A stretch of 7,797 nucleotides of DNA. It comes from Paraspadella gotoi (Eukaryota; Animalia; Chaetognatha). The first letter of the stretch is position 1. Every line of letters begins with the position of its first letter. The position numbers were made by a program, and so were the translations under genes. The notes beneath the pieces are model-generated. The model did not search any database, was not told the origin of the DNA, and saw only the letters and a list, made by a program, of their open reading frames with translations. This document shows, piece after piece, positions 4,880 to 7,797 of the stretch. The stretch lies in NCBI GenBank assembly GCA_051294375.1, contig CM119268.1, positions 18,111,176 through 18,118,972 on the forward strand. The letters run 5' to 3'.

Positions 4880-6433
4880 CTCATTGAGGTTATTTACAAT
4901 AAATTATCATAATTTAATAATTATAAATATTAAGTGACTGTGACTACCATGAATTAAATAGAGTAAACATATTGTGCACGAATTCTCTTCATTGATTTTG
5001 TTTTGCAGATATAATGAATAAAGAATTAGAGCCAAAAAAGAATCTTATTTTTTAAAGGATTTCCTTTTCATCTTTTTCTGCGATGAATAAGAATAGATTT
5101 TCAAGGATTTCGTCAGTTCTGACCGAACGGAAGTTGGCCGAGATTAAGGAGGCCTTAAGAGATGGAAAGAAAGAAAAAAAGAAAAAAAGAGAGAAAGAAA
5201 GGATACGAAAGCATCATTCAATGACCCCGTCTCCTAAGAAGATAACCCAGTAGCGGCTTACAGTAAAAACTCTATCTTATCTGTTTTTGTGGCGGTTTCT
5301 TTGTGAGGAAAACATAAACAAAAATGTATCTTAACCGAACAAAGCAGCGGCGATTTTGAATAGGGAAATGAAAGAGACTAATGTGAAAGAGACGGGGAAC
5401 TGAAAGAGAAGCGAAAAAGAATTCAAGGAGACATGGATGTGAAAGAGATTAAATGTGGAAGAATTGTGTGAAGGAAAGGAAGGAAGATGTGAAAAAATGA
5501 TAGTGAATGATAGTTATTTCGATGCAGGGTCAGTTAAAGAGGGTGAGACTGAAAGGGTTATCCAGTTTACAATCGCGAGCTCATTGTATTCTAAGTTTGA
5601 GGCAGACTTTATTACTTTTTTTTTCAAAATTTATCTAATTATCTACTCAAGTTTTATGAACATGTTTTACAACCGAGATCCAAAAGTGGTGCATAAGACG
5701 CTTTATAAACGATTCACCAATCACAAAGAAATACCTGAAACTCCATAAAATCTAATGATCAAATAATTGGCAACAACAACAACAAAATCAACGAAGAGAA
5801 CTGAGAGTGAGAGACTCGTGATGGCGAGAGGCGATATATAAAGTCTTAACGAGATGAAATTCGGAAGACGAAATCTGGGTTAATTCGATGAATGCGAAAG
5901 ATTGGGTTGCACCCAGTCGTCATCTCATTGGGTCTGCACCCCAGGTCTCTACCCGACGTTCGCTCTTTTGATTTGATTGTTAGTGTTGCTTTATCATAGT
6001 ATCTTTTTTAGTTTCCTTTTGTTTATAAATAATTAAACATTAAACATAATGAACATCGTCTCTATTCAAACGTCAATCAGAAAACCGATCCCAGTCGAGC
6101 GACTCATCTCTTCTCCGCTAGAGGTCACCGGCGATCGACCGACCGTGACGTTTGGCCCGCGGAGGTTTGACCGTCAAATTAAAACGATCAACGAAGGGGG
6201 GGGGATGTCTCTCTCTCTCGTCACGCGATTGACACGCAAAGTTACGTGATTGACACGCAATGACACGTCCCGTCAACGTAATTTGCGCGCTTTTAACGGA
6301 TCATCGGTCAGAACTACAAGTTCGATGGGAAAAAAGAAAAGTCGGAGTATCGATGACTGACAGACCGACTGAATAGAGAATATCAGAGACTGACCGACCG
6401 ACCACAGAGCATAAACGGACGTTTCTGCCGAGA

Positions 6434-6466
6434 AACGACAACAACAACAACAACGACGAAGACGAC
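6434..6466. repeat. (AAC/GAC)n compound microsatellite
   Basis: aac gac (aac)5 gac gaa gac gac. Confidence 0.85.
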
Positions 6467-6471
6467 TCAAA

Positions 6472-6618
6472 NNNNNNNNNNNNNNNNNNNNNNNNNNNNN
6501 NNNNNNNNNNNNNNNNNNNNNNNNNNNNNNNNNNNNNNNNNNNNNNNNNNNNNNNNNNNNNNNNNNNNNNNNNNNNNNNNNNNNNNNNNNNNNNNNNNAG
6601 AGAGAGAGAGAGAGAGAG
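6472..6618. repeat. Assembly gap (127 N) followed by (AG)10
   Basis: Ns at 6472-6598, AG repeat at 6599-6618. Confidence 0.92.
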
Positions 6619-6884
6619 AATGGAGTGGTTGGCAGTAGATTCCATAGGGAAGCGTTACAGTTAACATAACCTCGCTCTGGGGAAACCGAAAAGAGGAAAG
6701 GGGTCGGCCTGGGGTGACGGAAAGAAGAATAGGCGAAATGGGAGGGGAAGCATCATCGGTAGCGCAACAGGCAGGGGGCGTGTTGCTTTTATGCTTTTGT
6801 TTGTTTTGGGAAGGGATTCATCGAGGGAAATAGAGAGAGGAAATTCATTTGTGCAGAAAAACCTTTTTTGAAAGAAAAATATAT

Positions 6885-7015
6885 NNNNNNNNNNNNNNNN
6901 NNNNNNNNNNNNNNNNNNNNNNNNNNNNNNNNNNNNNNNNNNNNNNNNNNNNNNNNNNNNNNNNNNNNNNNNNNNNNNNNNNNNNNNNNNNNNNNNNNNN
7001 NNNNNNNNNNNNNNN

Positions 7016-7043
<28 letters not shown>
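6885..7043. repeat. Assembly gap (131 N) followed by (TC)14
   Basis: Ns at 6885-7015, TC repeat at 7016-7043. Confidence 0.92.
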
Positions 7044-7046
<3 letters not shown>

Positions 7047-7486
7047 ATCAAGAGGCCTCTTCACCTTTCGTCTCTGTCTCCCCGGGTTTATCTTTCTAAT
7101 CTGGAGACGAATCGATTTTCATTTTAACTTTTGCCCCAATTTGCATTTCGTTTATTTTACATAATATTTGTCCCTGTACAAGTTAGATGGTATAATTCAT
7201 GTTATAACTTTGATTTTTTTTCCATTTTGTTGTTCTTTTCGCGTTCATAATAATCTTGATCTGGTGTTTAATTAGTTTTGACTTACTTTCTCCTTACCTT
7301 TTATCGTCTCAACTTCGACAAGGCGCAAAGGACTTAAGCCTCTTAGCCTCACTTTAAAAACTCACCCGAAGAGAGCGTCGACTACGACAACGACGAAGAA
7401 GAATAAGTCACGATGACCGCGTGAAAGAACGATTAAGTTAAAGTGACCACAAAGTCGAGAGAAAAGAAAAATCCGCCGAGGGTAAC

Positions 7487-7513
7487 GACGACGACGACGA
7501 CGAAGACGACGAC
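7487..7513. repeat. (GAC)n microsatellite
   Basis: (gac)5 gaa (gac)3; further short GAC runs at about 7379-7395 and 7602-7631. Confidence 0.85.
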
Positions 7514-7797
7514 ACGAAGTCATCCATAAAAGTCAAAGATGGTCATCTCTCGAGTCCCGGTTCGACGGGGACTCGACTCTCTTAGTGGTTCCGACTTTAG
7601 GGATGACGACGACGAAAGACAACGACGACGAGAAGACCAAAAACCGCGATCTTTGGAAAGTTAGACTCACTCTTTCATTTCATTTTGAAATTCTTACAAA
7701 AGTTGTCGAATTTAACGAATTAATAATTGTTTTTGAAATTTATTTCTAGTAAGTAAAAATACCAGTTTTCTCAACTGCAGCTTCTGTCCGAAAAAAA

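Noticed and set aside
5455-5748. 97-aa non-repetitive ORF
   Set aside because: GTG start, a purine-rich low-complexity first third and an AT-rich F/I/Y/K-biased remainder, with no recognisable motif or strong flanking splice sites. A blastp/tblastn hit would reverse this.
6311-6329. GAACTACAAGTTCG resembles the ACTACAnnTCCC (ZNF143/THAP11-associated) promoter motif
   Set aside because: Only the ACTACA half matches; the TCCCA half is missing.
7331-7585. Protein-like acidic peptides (e.g. SDHKVERKEKSAEGNDDDDDEDDDTKSSIKVKDGHLSSPGSTGTRLS)
   Set aside because: The frames are broken by stops every 20-50 codons, there is no start or good acceptor in frame, and the acidic look is due to GAC repeats.
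7281-7670. Several minus-strand donor-like hexamers (GTAAGT, GTAAGG, GTGAGT)
   Set aside because: I could not pair them with a convincing acceptor and coding frame, and hexamer matches alone are expected by chance.

Overview
This window looks like eukaryotic, probably invertebrate animal, draft-assembly DNA that is mostly or wholly non-coding (the taxon is an inference from composition only). It is dense in microsatellites: (GAC/GTC)n in both orientations, (GCG)8, (GAG)11, (TTCA)23 and several (CT/AG)n tracts. Seven N gaps total about 790 bases, mostly next to repeats or low-complexity tracts. I recognise no protein family, RNA gene, transposase or CRISPR array; nearly all listed ORFs are repeat or N read-through. 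The best non-repeat signals are: (1) a CpG-rich block at about 900-1140 with three RFX X-box-like sites in 60 bp, plus another full-consensus X-box at 3669-3682, suggesting an RFX-regulated (possibly ciliary) locus; (2) a cluster of six same-strand GTCAC motifs, four in exact 10-bp phase (2823-2919); (3) a TGACACG / GATTGACA repeat that also forms a hairpin (6223-6290); (4) a 48-codon ORF with strong start context that the ORF track misses (4088-4234); (5) a possible minus-strand exon running off the left edge; and (6) a G-rich duplication containing a canonical G-quadruplex motif. All functional readings are hypotheses, and I cannot support a novel multi-gene system from this sequence.
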